64,000 nucleotides of DNA, taken from positions 24,853-88,852 of the forward strand of contig CAZMZJ010000008.1 of assembly GCA_964570825.1 (NCBI GenBank). Reading direction: 5' to 3'. Source of the DNA: an uncultured Lachnospiraceae bacterium. GTDB taxonomy: Bacteria; Bacillota; Clostridia; Oscillospirales; CAG-272. Below, piece after piece: positions 49,534-58,056 of the stretch; position 1 is the first letter of the stretch, and the number at the start of each line of letters is the position of its first letter. The notes below the pieces were generated by a model. The model did not search any database. It was not told the origin of the DNA and worked only from the letters and a program-made list of their open reading frames with translations. Made by a program: the position numbers and the translations under genes.

Positions 49534-50610
49534 TCAGAATTTCCGGACGGCGAGAAGGTTTATGTCCCATGCGGGAATATACCTGCCGCGGCGAATGTAA
49601 TAATTATATCGGGGATTAAGGCTTCCGACGAGCATCGGGAGAAGGAATATGTCTTCCGAACGGTGATAGAGGGATACACAGAGGTCTGGTGTGTATTGCC
49701 GGATGGTTTTAGCCGAACCGAGCAGAGCTTCGGTTTCAGAGCCTTCAACGTCGTATTTAATGTAGTCTGCGGGACGGCCGAGAAGAATATTATCAAGCGA
49801 TTCGGCTTCTATTTCAATGGTATTCTGCCCTTGTGAAACATTTGAATTCTTGTTTCCGGAGCAGTCAAAAGCAAGCGTTTTTTTCTCCGACCATGCGGCA
49901 TAGTTAAGCGGCGCAATCTGGCAGCGCGTTTCGGCCTGAGCGTATTTCTCAAGCTTCCGGAAGGTTTTTTTATCAGGTTCGAAAGCTATTGAATATTGCA
50001 GGGAAGGTGAATACCCGAGCAGTTCTTTTATTGTGTCACCGGTGTAGGCGCCGAGATCGGCAAAGATGCGGTAATTGCAGGCGTGCAGCAGGGAAGTGAA
50101 AATTTCCTCACGCGGATGCTCACAATTCAATAAATAATTTATATTTCCGGTTAATTTATATGAAATTATATCACGGTATGCGGATTTTGACACATCGTCG
50201 GCAAGCATTTCATATACTGTGTCCATATCATTTTTATACTTATTATAGAAACTCATGTCAAACAGGTTGCTGCCGGCAACCGGAACATCTGGGGCGTAAA
50301 GCTCGTTTTCCGAGGCTATTCTTTTTATATTTTCAATAACGTCGGGCAGTCTTGTCGCGAATGAAAGCAATACTATAAAATTGCCGCACCCATACCTGCC
50401 GCAGATCTGGGAGTAGGTCATGACGGTTTTACCGTGGAATGACTGGCCGCGCACAAAAGCGTCGCTTGCAAAAAAGTCGCGCACCTCGATGCCTCGCTCC
50501 AGTGCGACGCGAAGCACCTTGTCTGCGCCGTCCCCCATTCCGTACATGACAATCGGCTTTTCCTGACGCGCAAGATATGTCCATAAATCTTCAGTTATAT
50601 TAAGCTCCAT
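49534..50610 (-). CDS. FkbM family methyltransferase with an extra N-terminal Rossmann-like domain
   Basis: The C-terminal half has FADLGAYTGDT and IKYDVEGSETEAL, typical of FkbM. The N-terminal about 120 aa (PIVMYGMGDGADKV...) is an additional domain. Confidence 0.75.
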   Translation of the reverse strand: MELNITEDLWTYLARQEKPIVMYGMGDGADKVLRVALERGIEVRDFFASDAFVRGQSFHGKTVMTYSQICGRYGCGNFIVLLSFATRLPDVIENIKRIASENELYAPDVPVAGSNLFDMSFYNKYKNDMDTVYEMLADDVSKSAYRDIISYKLTGNINYLLNCEHPREEIFTSLLHACNYRIFADLGAYTGDTIKELLGYSPSLQYSIAFEPDKKTFRKLEKYAQAETRCQIAPLNYAAWSEKKTLAFDCSGNKNSNVSQGQNTIEIEAESLDNILLGRPADYIKYDVEGSETEALLGSAKTIRQYTPDLCVSLYHRSEDIFLLPMLVGSLNPRYNYYIRRGRYIPAWDINLLAVRKF

Positions 50611-50659
50611 GCAAGCCTCCAGGTTGTTGCGGCCCGCAAAAACGGCGGCGTAGCCGTTA

Positions 50660-50688
50660 TTGACAAAGCCGCCGTGTTGTGCTAAAAT
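50660..50688 (+). promoter_or_regulatory. Candidate SigA promoter of the HIT gene
   Basis: TTGACA, 17 nt, TAAAAT. Confidence 0.6.
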
Positions 50689-50766
50689 TTTAACTGTTCA
50701 TATAATGTATGCTAAAAATTACCCGCGCTGCAACAGCAAAATAAATTATCAAGAAAGGATTGTCAA

Positions 50767-51105
50767 ATGGATTGCATATTCTGCAGAATAATTAGTGGAG
50801 AGATTCCGTCAAAAAAGGTTTACGAGGATGAAAACACATATGCGTTCAGGGATATCAACCCGCAGGCGCCGGTTCACATACTGATCGTTCCAAAGACTCA
50901 TATTTCCGGCGCAGACGCAGTAAACGGAGGAAACAGCGCAACTGTCGCCCGGATATTCGAAGCTATACCGAAAATTGCCGCGGCCGAAGGTCTTAAAAAC
51001 GGTTACCGTGTCATTACAAACGTCGGAGAGGACGGCTGCCAGTCGGTAAAGCATATGCACTTTCACATTTTGGGCGGAAAGAAGCTGTCTGAGCGGATGG
51101 CGTGA
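50767..51105 (+). CDS. Histidine triad (HIT) nucleotide-binding protein
   Basis: 112 aa; CIFCRII...; HMHFHILGG triad. Confidence 0.93.
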   Translation: MDCIFCRIISGEIPSKKVYEDENTYAFRDINPQAPVHILIVPKTHISGADAVNGGNSATVARIFEAIPKIAAAEGLKNGYRVITNVGEDGCQSVKHMHFHILGGKKLSERMA

Positions 51106-51127
51106 CTATATCGGGATAATCTTTGAA

Positions 51128-51156
51128 AGCTGGTCTGAACCGAAGTTCAGACCAGC
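51128..51156. terminator. Perfect 13-bp hairpin between convergent genes (possible bidirectional terminator, no clear U-tract)
   Basis: agctggtctgaac cga gttcagaccagct. It overlaps the stop of the minus-strand gene. Confidence 0.4.
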
Positions 51157-51956
51157 TCTTTCATATAATTGATATACTGGTAAAGCGCGATTCCGGGCTC
51201 GGCAAGTTCTCGCGACCAGCGCTTCACCCATTCGTATGACAGGTGGGCATCATACCCGATCGCTTTGAGCGACTTGACGATTTCATCAAACGGTATCGTG
51301 CCGTAGCCGGTCAGAAGATATGTGATTCTGCCGTTAGTTCCCATAACGGAATCCTTAAGATGCACATGGCGCAGGTACGGACCTATATTGTCAAGGGATT
51401 CTTCGGGGGATTCTCCGAAAAATCTTATTGTGTGATGAGCGTCCCAGATGACGCCGCAGTTTTCACGGTCTACCGAGTCGAGAAATGCACGGCACTTTTT
51501 GGTGTCGGCAAGAGCCCCGTTGGTTTCTGTCAGTAAAGTTATGTTATGCTTCGCGGCGATGTCACAAAATGATGAAAATATTTTAACCACGCTTTCCAAT
51601 TCCGGATTGGTGATCTCGGGTTCGGGAGTTTTTTCGACAAGAAGGCGGGTGTATTTCACACCCAGCTTTGCGGCAAGCACGCAATAATCCTCGACTTCGC
51701 GCCGCGCGGCATTTATATCCGGATTCTCAAGTATATATGCGCCCGAGGTCAGAATCGGTATCTCAAGCGAACGGCGCGCAAGATGGCCTTTTGTGCTCTC
51801 TAATTTTTCATCAGAAAAAGCATAAATTTTCGGAGCGTATATTTCGTCTGCAATTCCGCGTATCTCGATGCCTTTATAGCCGAGATCAGCGGCGGTGGCG
51901 TATATATCCCGGAAAGTCCAGTCGGGGCAGGATAGAGTCGAAAACGACAATTTCAT
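51147..51956 (-). CDS. Sugar phosphate isomerase/epimerase (xylose isomerase-like TIM barrel)
   Basis: 269 aa with the typical family layout (GYKGIEIRG..., LLTETNG, HVHLKD, YEW). Confidence 0.8.
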   Translation of the reverse strand: MKLSFSTLSCPDWTFRDIYATAADLGYKGIEIRGIADEIYAPKIYAFSDEKLESTKGHLARRSLEIPILTSGAYILENPDINAARREVEDYCVLAAKLGVKYTRLLVEKTPEPEITNPELESVVKIFSSFCDIAAKHNITLLTETNGALADTKKCRAFLDSVDRENCGVIWDAHHTIRFFGESPEESLDNIGPYLRHVHLKDSVMGTNGRITYLLTGYGTIPFDEIVKSLKAIGYDAHLSYEWVKRWSRELAEPGIALYQYINYMKELV

Positions 51957-52106
51957 GGGAACACCTCCCTTATTCAGTATAACTTATTTTAACATATTTT
52001 TTATTAGATTGCAAGGACGGCTTTTAGCGTTTTGCAGCCGCGTTCACAAAATAGTTACAAATTGTCAATAAACTGTTTATTATTTTGTCGGCTTGGCTCG
52101 GAATTT

Positions 52107-53771
52107 TCAGGCGGTCTCAATCGAGGCAGCGTCCTGCAGATTTTTTGCCTCGATTGCCATCTCGCGGAGCTTGTATTTGAGTATTTTACCCGCCGCATTC
52201 ATCGGGAAGGCGTCGATAAAGGTGACGTATGCAGGCACCTTGTGCTTCGCCATCGAGGCGCGCACATACTCCTTGATTTCGTCTTCGGTTATGCTTACAC
52301 CTTCCTTTGGGATCACAAACGCCATAACCTCCTCGCCGTAGACCTTCGAGGGAACGCCCACAACCTGAACGTCGCGGACTTTCGGGTGCGTGTAGATGAA
52401 GTCCTCGATTTCCTTCGGATATATGTTCTCGCCGCCACGGATTATCATGTCCTTGATGCGGCCGGTTATTTTATAATAGCCGTCGGCGTCGACCGTAGCA
52501 AGGTCGCCGGTGTGCAGCCAGCCGTCCTTGTCTATTGCCTGTGCGGTCGCCTCGGGCATTTTATAGTAGCCCTTCATTACATTGTACCCGCGGGCGCAGA
52601 ACTCCCCGACCTTGCCCGGCCCCAGCGTTTCGCCTGTCACAGGGTCGATTATTTTGGTTTCCACGCCCGGAAAGGCGCGGCCGACTGTATTGACGCGGCG
52701 TTCGATGCTGTCGTCCGTCGTTGTCTGCGTGCATCCGGGAGAGGCCTCGGTCTGGCCGTATGTAATGGTTATCTCCCGCATCCCCATTTCGTCTATAACC
52801 TGCCGCATGACCTTGATAGGACAGGGAGAGCCCGCCATAATTCCCGTGCGCAGATTGAACTTGAATTCCTTAAAGCGAGGATGCTCGAGTATCGCGATGA
52901 ACATGGTCGGAACGCCGTGCAGAGCCGTGCACTTTTCCTTCTGGCAGGCTTCCATAACCTTTACGGGACTGTAGTAATTCACGGGAACCATTGTAGTTGC
53001 GTGAGTAATGCACGCCATCTGCCCGAGCACAAGGCCGAAACAGTGGAAAAAGGGAACCGTGATGCAGAGCTTATCCTTAGTCGAAAATTTCATGCAGTCG
53101 CCGATTGTCTTGCCGTTATTGAGTATATTATAGTGGCTGAGCATGACTCCCTTCGGAAATCCCGTGGTCCCGGAGGTGTACTGCATATTTACCGTGTCGT
53201 GGCAGGATATGCCGCGGCGGGCCGCCGCGTATTCCTCATCGGATATTCCGGCGGCAAGCGCGGGAAGCTCGTTCCAGTTATACATCCCGGGGTAGCTGTC
53301 CTCGTCGATGGTAATTATGGTTTTAAGCATGGGAAGGCGTTTGCAGTTGTGTTCGGCCGTCTTGCCCTCCGCGGCTATTTCGGGGCAGAGGCTGTTTATG
53401 ATTTCTATATAGCTGACGTCCTTGAACCCGTCGCACATGACGAGCATCTTTGTGTCCGACTGCTTGAGCAGGTATTCGGCTTCGTGGATTTTATACGCCG
53501 TGTTGACAGTGACAAGCACAGCGCCTATCTTTGCGCAGGCATAAAGCGTGAGCATCCACTGAGGATAGTTGGTCGCCCAGATGGCCACATGGTCGCCGCG
53601 CTTTATCCCGAGCGCAAGAAACGCTTTGGCAATCATATGAATTTCATCGTTGAACTCGCGGTATGTGCGGCGGTATTCAAATTTGTCGGTATAAATAACC
53701 GCGGGCTGGTCCGGATGCTCGGCCGCCATCTTATCCATCCATTCGCCGATTGTAATATCGATAAATTCCAT
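52107..53771 (-). CDS. AMP-dependent acyl-CoA synthetase, YngI/ACSF2-like (short/medium-chain type)
   Basis: 554 aa; YTSGTTGFPKGVMLSH, YGQTE, GWLHTGDL, IIRGGENIYPKEIE, PMNAAGKILK. AAGGAGA RBS. Preceded by a T-box leader. Confidence 0.88.
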   Translation of the reverse strand: MEFIDITIGEWMDKMAAEHPDQPAVIYTDKFEYRRTYREFNDEIHMIAKAFLALGIKRGDHVAIWATNYPQWMLTLYACAKIGAVLVTVNTAYKIHEAEYLLKQSDTKMLVMCDGFKDVSYIEIINSLCPEIAAEGKTAEHNCKRLPMLKTIITIDEDSYPGMYNWNELPALAAGISDEEYAAARRGISCHDTVNMQYTSGTTGFPKGVMLSHYNILNNGKTIGDCMKFSTKDKLCITVPFFHCFGLVLGQMACITHATTMVPVNYYSPVKVMEACQKEKCTALHGVPTMFIAILEHPRFKEFKFNLRTGIMAGSPCPIKVMRQVIDEMGMREITITYGQTEASPGCTQTTTDDSIERRVNTVGRAFPGVETKIIDPVTGETLGPGKVGEFCARGYNVMKGYYKMPEATAQAIDKDGWLHTGDLATVDADGYYKITGRIKDMIIRGGENIYPKEIEDFIYTHPKVRDVQVVGVPSKVYGEEVMAFVIPKEGVSITEDEIKEYVRASMAKHKVPAYVTFIDAFPMNAAGKILKYKLREMAIEAKNLQDAASIETA

Positions 53772-53823
53772 ATAAATTCTCCTTGTGTTGTGGTATGTTA
53801 TGTGTTGTTATGCTGATTTATAT

Positions 53824-53861
53824 AAAAAAGTCCCGGAAGGCTTAATTAAGCCTTCCGGGAC
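53824..53861 (-). terminator. Intrinsic terminator of the T-box expression platform
   Basis: Perfect 14-bp stem gtcccggaaggctt/aagccttccgggac, 4-nt loop, then UUUUUU, 50 nt upstream of the acyl-CoA synthetase ATG. Confidence 0.92.
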
Positions 53862-54127
53862 GAATAAACTTATTATTCGCGGTACCACCCGAATTCGTCT
53901 TACGACGCCCTTTCGGACACTGTCATGTCCTCATCCCGGTAACGGGGGAAACCGCGGCAGCCTACTTGACCTTATTGGCGTTCGGTGCCGTGCGCGGCTT
54001 TTATGCCGGCGGAGTGAGTTCGGTCTGTCTTCCGGGGGACTTCTCAGCTTGCCGTCCCTCTCTGTGCCGTATGACCGGGTTTTGCCCCGACCTACTTTTT
54101 CTCCGTTAACGCATTTTCAATATTATA
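53824..54127 (-). promoter_or_regulatory. T-box riboswitch leader, specifier codon CUC (Leu)
   Basis: On the minus strand: Stem I base CGGAG (54105-54101)/CUCCG (54014-54010). Specifier loop with AGUA (54096-54093) and GAA-CUC-A (54021-54015). AG bay AGAGAG (54063-54058). Distal loop GCUGAGAA. AGUA-II. F-box CCGUUA (53945-53940). T-box GGGUGGUACCGCG (53890-53878), with a UGGU bulge complementary to ACCA. Antiterminator helices are mutually exclusive with the terminator. Confidence 0.9.
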
Positions 54128-54133
54128 TGAATA

Positions 54134-54162
54134 ATTATAAGTAATTCTGTCCGGTTTGTCAA
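54134..54162 (-). promoter_or_regulatory. SigA-type promoter driving the T-box leader
   Basis: Perfect TTGACA, 17 nt, TATAAT on the minus strand, about 25 nt upstream of Stem I. Confidence 0.8.
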
Positions 54163-54189
54163 TTGTAAATATTGTACAATATGTCCGGC

Positions 54190-55503
54190 TTATTTTACAA
54201 ATTCGTTGTATATTGCTTTGAGCGCGGTTTCAAAATCGTTCTCGTCCACGCCTATTATTATGTTGAGCTCGCACGAGCCCTGGTCGATCATGCGTATATT
54301 GACGTCGGCCGCGGATATTGCGCCGAATATTCTCGCGGCGATCCCTTTTGCCTTGACCATGCCGCGCCCGACGACGGCGATAAGCGCAAGACCGTCCTCG
54401 ATTGTAACGCTGTCCGCCTTTGTCGCTCTGTTAAGCTGCGTCAGCAGCTTGTCGCGCCTGCCTTCAAGATCGGCTGTCGGGAGAATCAGGCTCATTGTGT
54501 CAATGCCCGATGGCAGATGCTCGAACGAAAGCTCGTTGTCCTCGAGTATCTCGAGTACTTTGCGGCCAAAGCCGATTTCCGAGTTCATCATATCCTTGAT
54601 GATGGTGATTACCGAGAAGCCGTGCTTTCCGGCGATGCCTGTTATCACGCGCTTATGGTCGTATGCGGGAGCGTTCGCCACTATCATCGTGCCTTTGTCT
54701 TCGGGAGCGTTCGTGTTCCTTATATTGATCGGAATACCTGCGTGGCGGACCGGGAATATGGCGTCCTCGTGCAGCACCGTCGCACCCATGTAAGAAAGCT
54801 CGCGCAGCTCGCGGTAGGTTATCATATCTATCACGCAGGGGTCCTTGACAATGCGGGGATCAGCCATCATGAAGCCCGACACGTCGGTCCAGTTCTCATA
54901 TATGTCCGCGTCGGCAGCGCGCGCAACTATCGAACCGGTAACGTCGGATCCGCCGCGGGAGAACGTCTTGATTGTGCCGTTCGGCATCGAACCGTAAAAC
55001 CCCGGAATGACCGCGTTCTTGTGGCTGCACAGCTCGCAGCGAAGCGCTGTGTCGGTCTTGTCTTCGTCGAATGTGCCGTTTTCCCTGAAGAATATCACGT
55101 TCTCGGCGTCGATAAAGTCAAAGCCGAGATATTTCGCAAGTATTATGCCGTTCAGGTATTCGCCGCGGCTTGCCGCAAAGTCGCGCCCGGAGCGGTGAAG
55201 AAAGGCGTTTTTTATATACTCGAACTCGCCGGCAAGGTTTATGTTAAGCCCCAGCTCGGATATAATCGAATTGTAGCGGTTTACTATCTCCCCGTAGGTC
55301 TTCTCGAAATTGCCGCCGGAATGGATTTCGTCATAGCAGCGGTAGAGCAGATCGGTGATTTTTGTGTCGCCGGAAAAGCGTTTGCCCGGCGCGGACGGAA
55401 CCACGAAACGGCGGGACGGGTCGGACTTTATGATTGAGGCGACCTGCCGGAACTGCTTTGCGTCGGCAAGTGACGTGCCTCCGAATTTTACAACCTTCAG
55501 CAT
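54190..55503 (-). CDS. Aspartate kinase (monofunctional, two C-terminal ACT domains)
   Basis: 437 aa; VVKFGGTSL, SRGGSDVTG, and ACT regions ending NIRMIDQGSCELNIIIGV. Confidence 0.92.
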   Translation of the reverse strand: MLKVVKFGGTSLADAKQFRQVASIIKSDPSRRFVVPSAPGKRFSGDTKITDLLYRCYDEIHSGGNFEKTYGEIVNRYNSIISELGLNINLAGEFEYIKNAFLHRSGRDFAASRGEYLNGIILAKYLGFDFIDAENVIFFRENGTFDEDKTDTALRCELCSHKNAVIPGFYGSMPNGTIKTFSRGGSDVTGSIVARAADADIYENWTDVSGFMMADPRIVKDPCVIDMITYRELRELSYMGATVLHEDAIFPVRHAGIPINIRNTNAPEDKGTMIVANAPAYDHKRVITGIAGKHGFSVITIIKDMMNSEIGFGRKVLEILEDNELSFEHLPSGIDTMSLILPTADLEGRRDKLLTQLNRATKADSVTIEDGLALIAVVGRGMVKAKGIAARIFGAISAADVNIRMIDQGSCELNIIIGVDENDFETALKAIYNEFVK

Positions 55504-55543
55504 ATTTTCTCCTTAAGCTCATTTGTCAATTATAATTTATGAT

Positions 55544-55572
55544 ATTATATGTGTTTTAAGGCTGCATGTCAA
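55544..55572 (-). promoter_or_regulatory. SigA-type promoter of the aspartate kinase gene
   Basis: Perfect TTGACA, 17 nt, TATAAT on the minus strand. Confidence 0.78.
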
Positions 55573-55671
55573 GAGATATGAAAAAAATAAATTGCGATGC
55601 TATAATTATTCAGATAATACGCATAAATGAATATAATTCAGCGAGTAAAGACGCAAGCCTTTTGATTATTG

Positions 55672-55735
55672 TATAAAAACGAAAACCGCCCGTCCTCAAT
55701 ACGCCTTGAGGCAGAAGCCTTGAGGACGGGCGGTT
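55672..55735 (-). terminator. Rho-independent terminator of the ABC exporter gene
   Basis: 16-bp arms aaccgcccgtcctcaa/ttgaggacgggcggtt, followed on the minus strand by ttttcgttttt. Confidence 0.85.
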
Positions 55736-55760
55736 ATGATTATAATTATGTTATATAATA

Positions 55761-57860
55761 CTACTGAGCCGTTATTCCGCTGAAATCATCGGGTGTGCTT
55801 CTTTCAGCGTCGCGCAGAGGATTATCGGACATTCCGTGCGCGCCTTCGCCGGCGCGTCTTGAAAATGATCCGGAGTATCGCTCCCCCATGTTCATCCCAT
55901 GCCCCAGCCCGCCGTTTTCATCCTCGCCGAGATAGCGTTTTGCCTGGGTCGAGAAAAGCTCGTAGTATCTGCCGTGCTTTGACATAAGGGTTTTATGGTC
56001 GCCTTCCTCGATTATCTCGCCGTATTCAAGAACGACGATTTTTGTCGCTACGGTGGCGCTTGAAAGACGGTGCGAAACAAATATCGTCATCTTATCCTTG
56101 CGCAGACGGTCAAACTGATTGAATATCTCCTGCTCCGCCATCGGGTCGAGCGAGGCGGTCGGTTCGTCGAGAATCAGAATGTCAGAATCGCTGTAAAATG
56201 CGCGCGCGATGGCGAGCTTCTGCCACTGACCGATGGAAAGCTCTATTCCTTCCTGCTCGAATATGCGCATGAGCGGCGTTTCATAACCATAAGGCAGCTT
56301 AGATATGTATTCGTCGGCGCTCGACTGCTTTGCAGCGTTTATGATTTCGTCGGTTATTATTTCTTTTTCTATTTCGCCGAAGTGAATGTTGTCGGTGACG
56401 GTGACTGCGTATTTCCCGAAATCCTGGAATATTATGCCGAATATTTTGTAAAGCTCCTTTGTGTCATATTCGCGTATGTCGCGCCCGTCAAGCAGGATTA
56501 CGCCTTCGGTCGGATCGTAAAGCCGCGTCAGAAGTTTGATGAGCGTCGTTTTACCCGCTCCGTTGAGACCGACGAGAACTATGGTGTCACCCGGACGAAA
56601 GGTGAGATTGATGTTCTTAAGCACCTTCCTGTCGGTTCCGGGATACGAAAAGCTGACGTTCTTGAATTCTATCGTGTGCGGACTGTTATGCTTTACCGGC
56701 TCGGGCACTTTTTTCAGCGGCACAACAGTTTGCTTTTCCTTCATGAAGGATATAAGGTTGTCGATGAACAGCGTGCCTTCGTATATTGTCGCGGATACGC
56801 TGATGAGCGATGTGACGTCTGACGCGATGCTTGAAAGCGCTCCGGTATACAGCGAATAGTCTCCTATGCGGAAAATGCCGCGGAATACTCCGAGCGCGAT
56901 AAGAGCATAGCAGAAACAGTTAACCAGCGCCGAAATGACCGATATCGCAACGTGCCAGAGGCTTTCATTCACAATAAGGCGGCGCAGTCCGGCGTAATAG
57001 CGTCTGAAAACCTCCTCGTATCTGCTGATAAATGTGTCGGACAGGTCGTACATCCGGACTTCCTTAACCATGTCTTTGTTGACGAGCAGGTCTGAATAGT
57101 AGCTCATCTGGCGGCGGTCCTTTGAACGGTGGCGCATATACTGGAAGTTTTTCTTCCGGTATATGAAGCTGATAATGGCGGACGGGATTGAAACTATGGA
57201 AATAAGCAGCGCGGTCCACCACATCCCGGGTGCCGTCGCAAGAATCACAATATAGCTGACAAGACTTATGGCGGTGCTTATCATTGTGAAGGTCGACGAG
57301 AGTATGGAAATTGGGCGGTTCCCGGCTTCACGGTTCGCATTCTCGAGTTTTTCGTAAAACTCGGGACGGTCGAACGAGGCAAGATCGAGAGTCTTCGCCT
57401 TTTTCATTATTTCAATCTTTACGCTGCGTACGACTTTTTCGCCGGCTATACGGGTCACGGCGTTCGATATCTGGCTGATTACGCGGTTCAGTATGCGGTA
57501 TGCAAAGAGAATAAGCAGCAGGTAAAATGCCGCCGATCCGAGAAACCTGGCTATGGATTCGCTGCCGGTGGAGTTCTGGTAATTAACCTGCAGCTCGTTC
57601 AATATGTTTTTGGATATCAGAGAGCCGACGACAGGCATTATTCCGTTGAAAAGAGCTATGAAAATCATGAGAAACATTATCCACGGCCCGGTCTTCCATA
57701 CAAGTCCGAATATGTAGAAGAGCCGGTAGAAAAAACCGCCCAGCAGTTCTTTCAGGTACCGAGAGACGTCTTTGAAGGATTTCGGCGGCTCGACACGGTC
57801 GTATTTGTACCCGCTTCCGGGACCATAACCGAAACCGCCCATCTGGGGACCACCAGTCAT
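55761..57860 (-). CDS. ABC exporter, fused permease/ATPase (MsbA-like) with Gly-rich N- and C-terminal extensions
   Basis: 699 aa, six TM segments; GLNGAGKTTL, SIGQWQKLAIARA, ILILDEPTASLD. Confidence 0.9.
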   Translation of the reverse strand: MTGGPQMGGFGYGPGSGYKYDRVEPPKSFKDVSRYLKELLGGFFYRLFYIFGLVWKTGPWIMFLMIFIALFNGIMPVVGSLISKNILNELQVNYQNSTGSESIARFLGSAAFYLLLILFAYRILNRVISQISNAVTRIAGEKVVRSVKIEIMKKAKTLDLASFDRPEFYEKLENANREAGNRPISILSSTFTMISTAISLVSYIVILATAPGMWWTALLISIVSIPSAIISFIYRKKNFQYMRHRSKDRRQMSYYSDLLVNKDMVKEVRMYDLSDTFISRYEEVFRRYYAGLRRLIVNESLWHVAISVISALVNCFCYALIALGVFRGIFRIGDYSLYTGALSSIASDVTSLISVSATIYEGTLFIDNLISFMKEKQTVVPLKKVPEPVKHNSPHTIEFKNVSFSYPGTDRKVLKNINLTFRPGDTIVLVGLNGAGKTTLIKLLTRLYDPTEGVILLDGRDIREYDTKELYKIFGIIFQDFGKYAVTVTDNIHFGEIEKEIITDEIINAAKQSSADEYISKLPYGYETPLMRIFEQEGIELSIGQWQKLAIARAFYSDSDILILDEPTASLDPMAEQEIFNQFDRLRKDKMTIFVSHRLSSATVATKIVVLEYGEIIEEGDHKTLMSKHGRYYELFSTQAKRYLGEDENGGLGHGMNMGERYSGSFSRRAGEGAHGMSDNPLRDAERSTPDDFSGITAQ

Positions 57861-57960
57861 AAATTAAAAACCTTGACCTTTCATTTTTATCATTTGTCAA
57901 GTACATTATACCACTAAATAGTTGCGAGAGCAACTATAAAGCGGAAAAAATAAAAATATA

Positions 57961-57989
57961 TTGATTTTTTCAACAGTTTAATGTAAAAT
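57961..57989 (+). promoter_or_regulatory. Candidate SigA promoter of the DUF1015 gene
   Basis: TTGATT, 17 nt, TAAAAT. Confidence 0.5.
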
Positions 57990-58056
57990 AATCAGGAATT
58001 AGATTTTCAAGCTCCGGAAGCGTTTCCGCAGTTTGTGAAAGGAAATATCGACAAAG

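Noticed and set aside
52032-53816. 594-aa plus-strand ORF, longer than the annotated gene it overlaps
   Set aside because: It is entirely antisense to the acyl-CoA synthetase, whose minus-strand product carries every AMP-binding motif. The plus-strand product is R/H/G/V-rich low-complexity sequence with no RBS and no recognisable motif. It also runs through the T-box terminator. This is a shadow ORF caused by GC-rich third positions.
54172-55437. 421-aa plus-strand ORF
   Set aside because: It is antisense to the aspartate kinase gene (clear VVKFGGTSL and ACT motifs on the minus strand). It has the same low-complexity R/V/A/H character and is a shadow ORF.
55504-55671. Looked for a lysine (L-box) riboswitch or other leader upstream of aspartate kinase
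   Set aside because: The region is AT-rich and contains only a consensus promoter about 40 nt from the start codon. There is no room for, and no conserved helices of, an L-box.
57918-57937. Perfect 8-bp hairpin with a GAGA loop (atagttgc gaga gcaactat) in the ABC/DUF1015 divergent region
   Set aside because: It overlaps the probable -35 of the ABC exporter promoter (TTGCTC-17-TGgTATAAT). It has no U-tract and no flanking conserved structure. It could be an operator, but I cannot support that.
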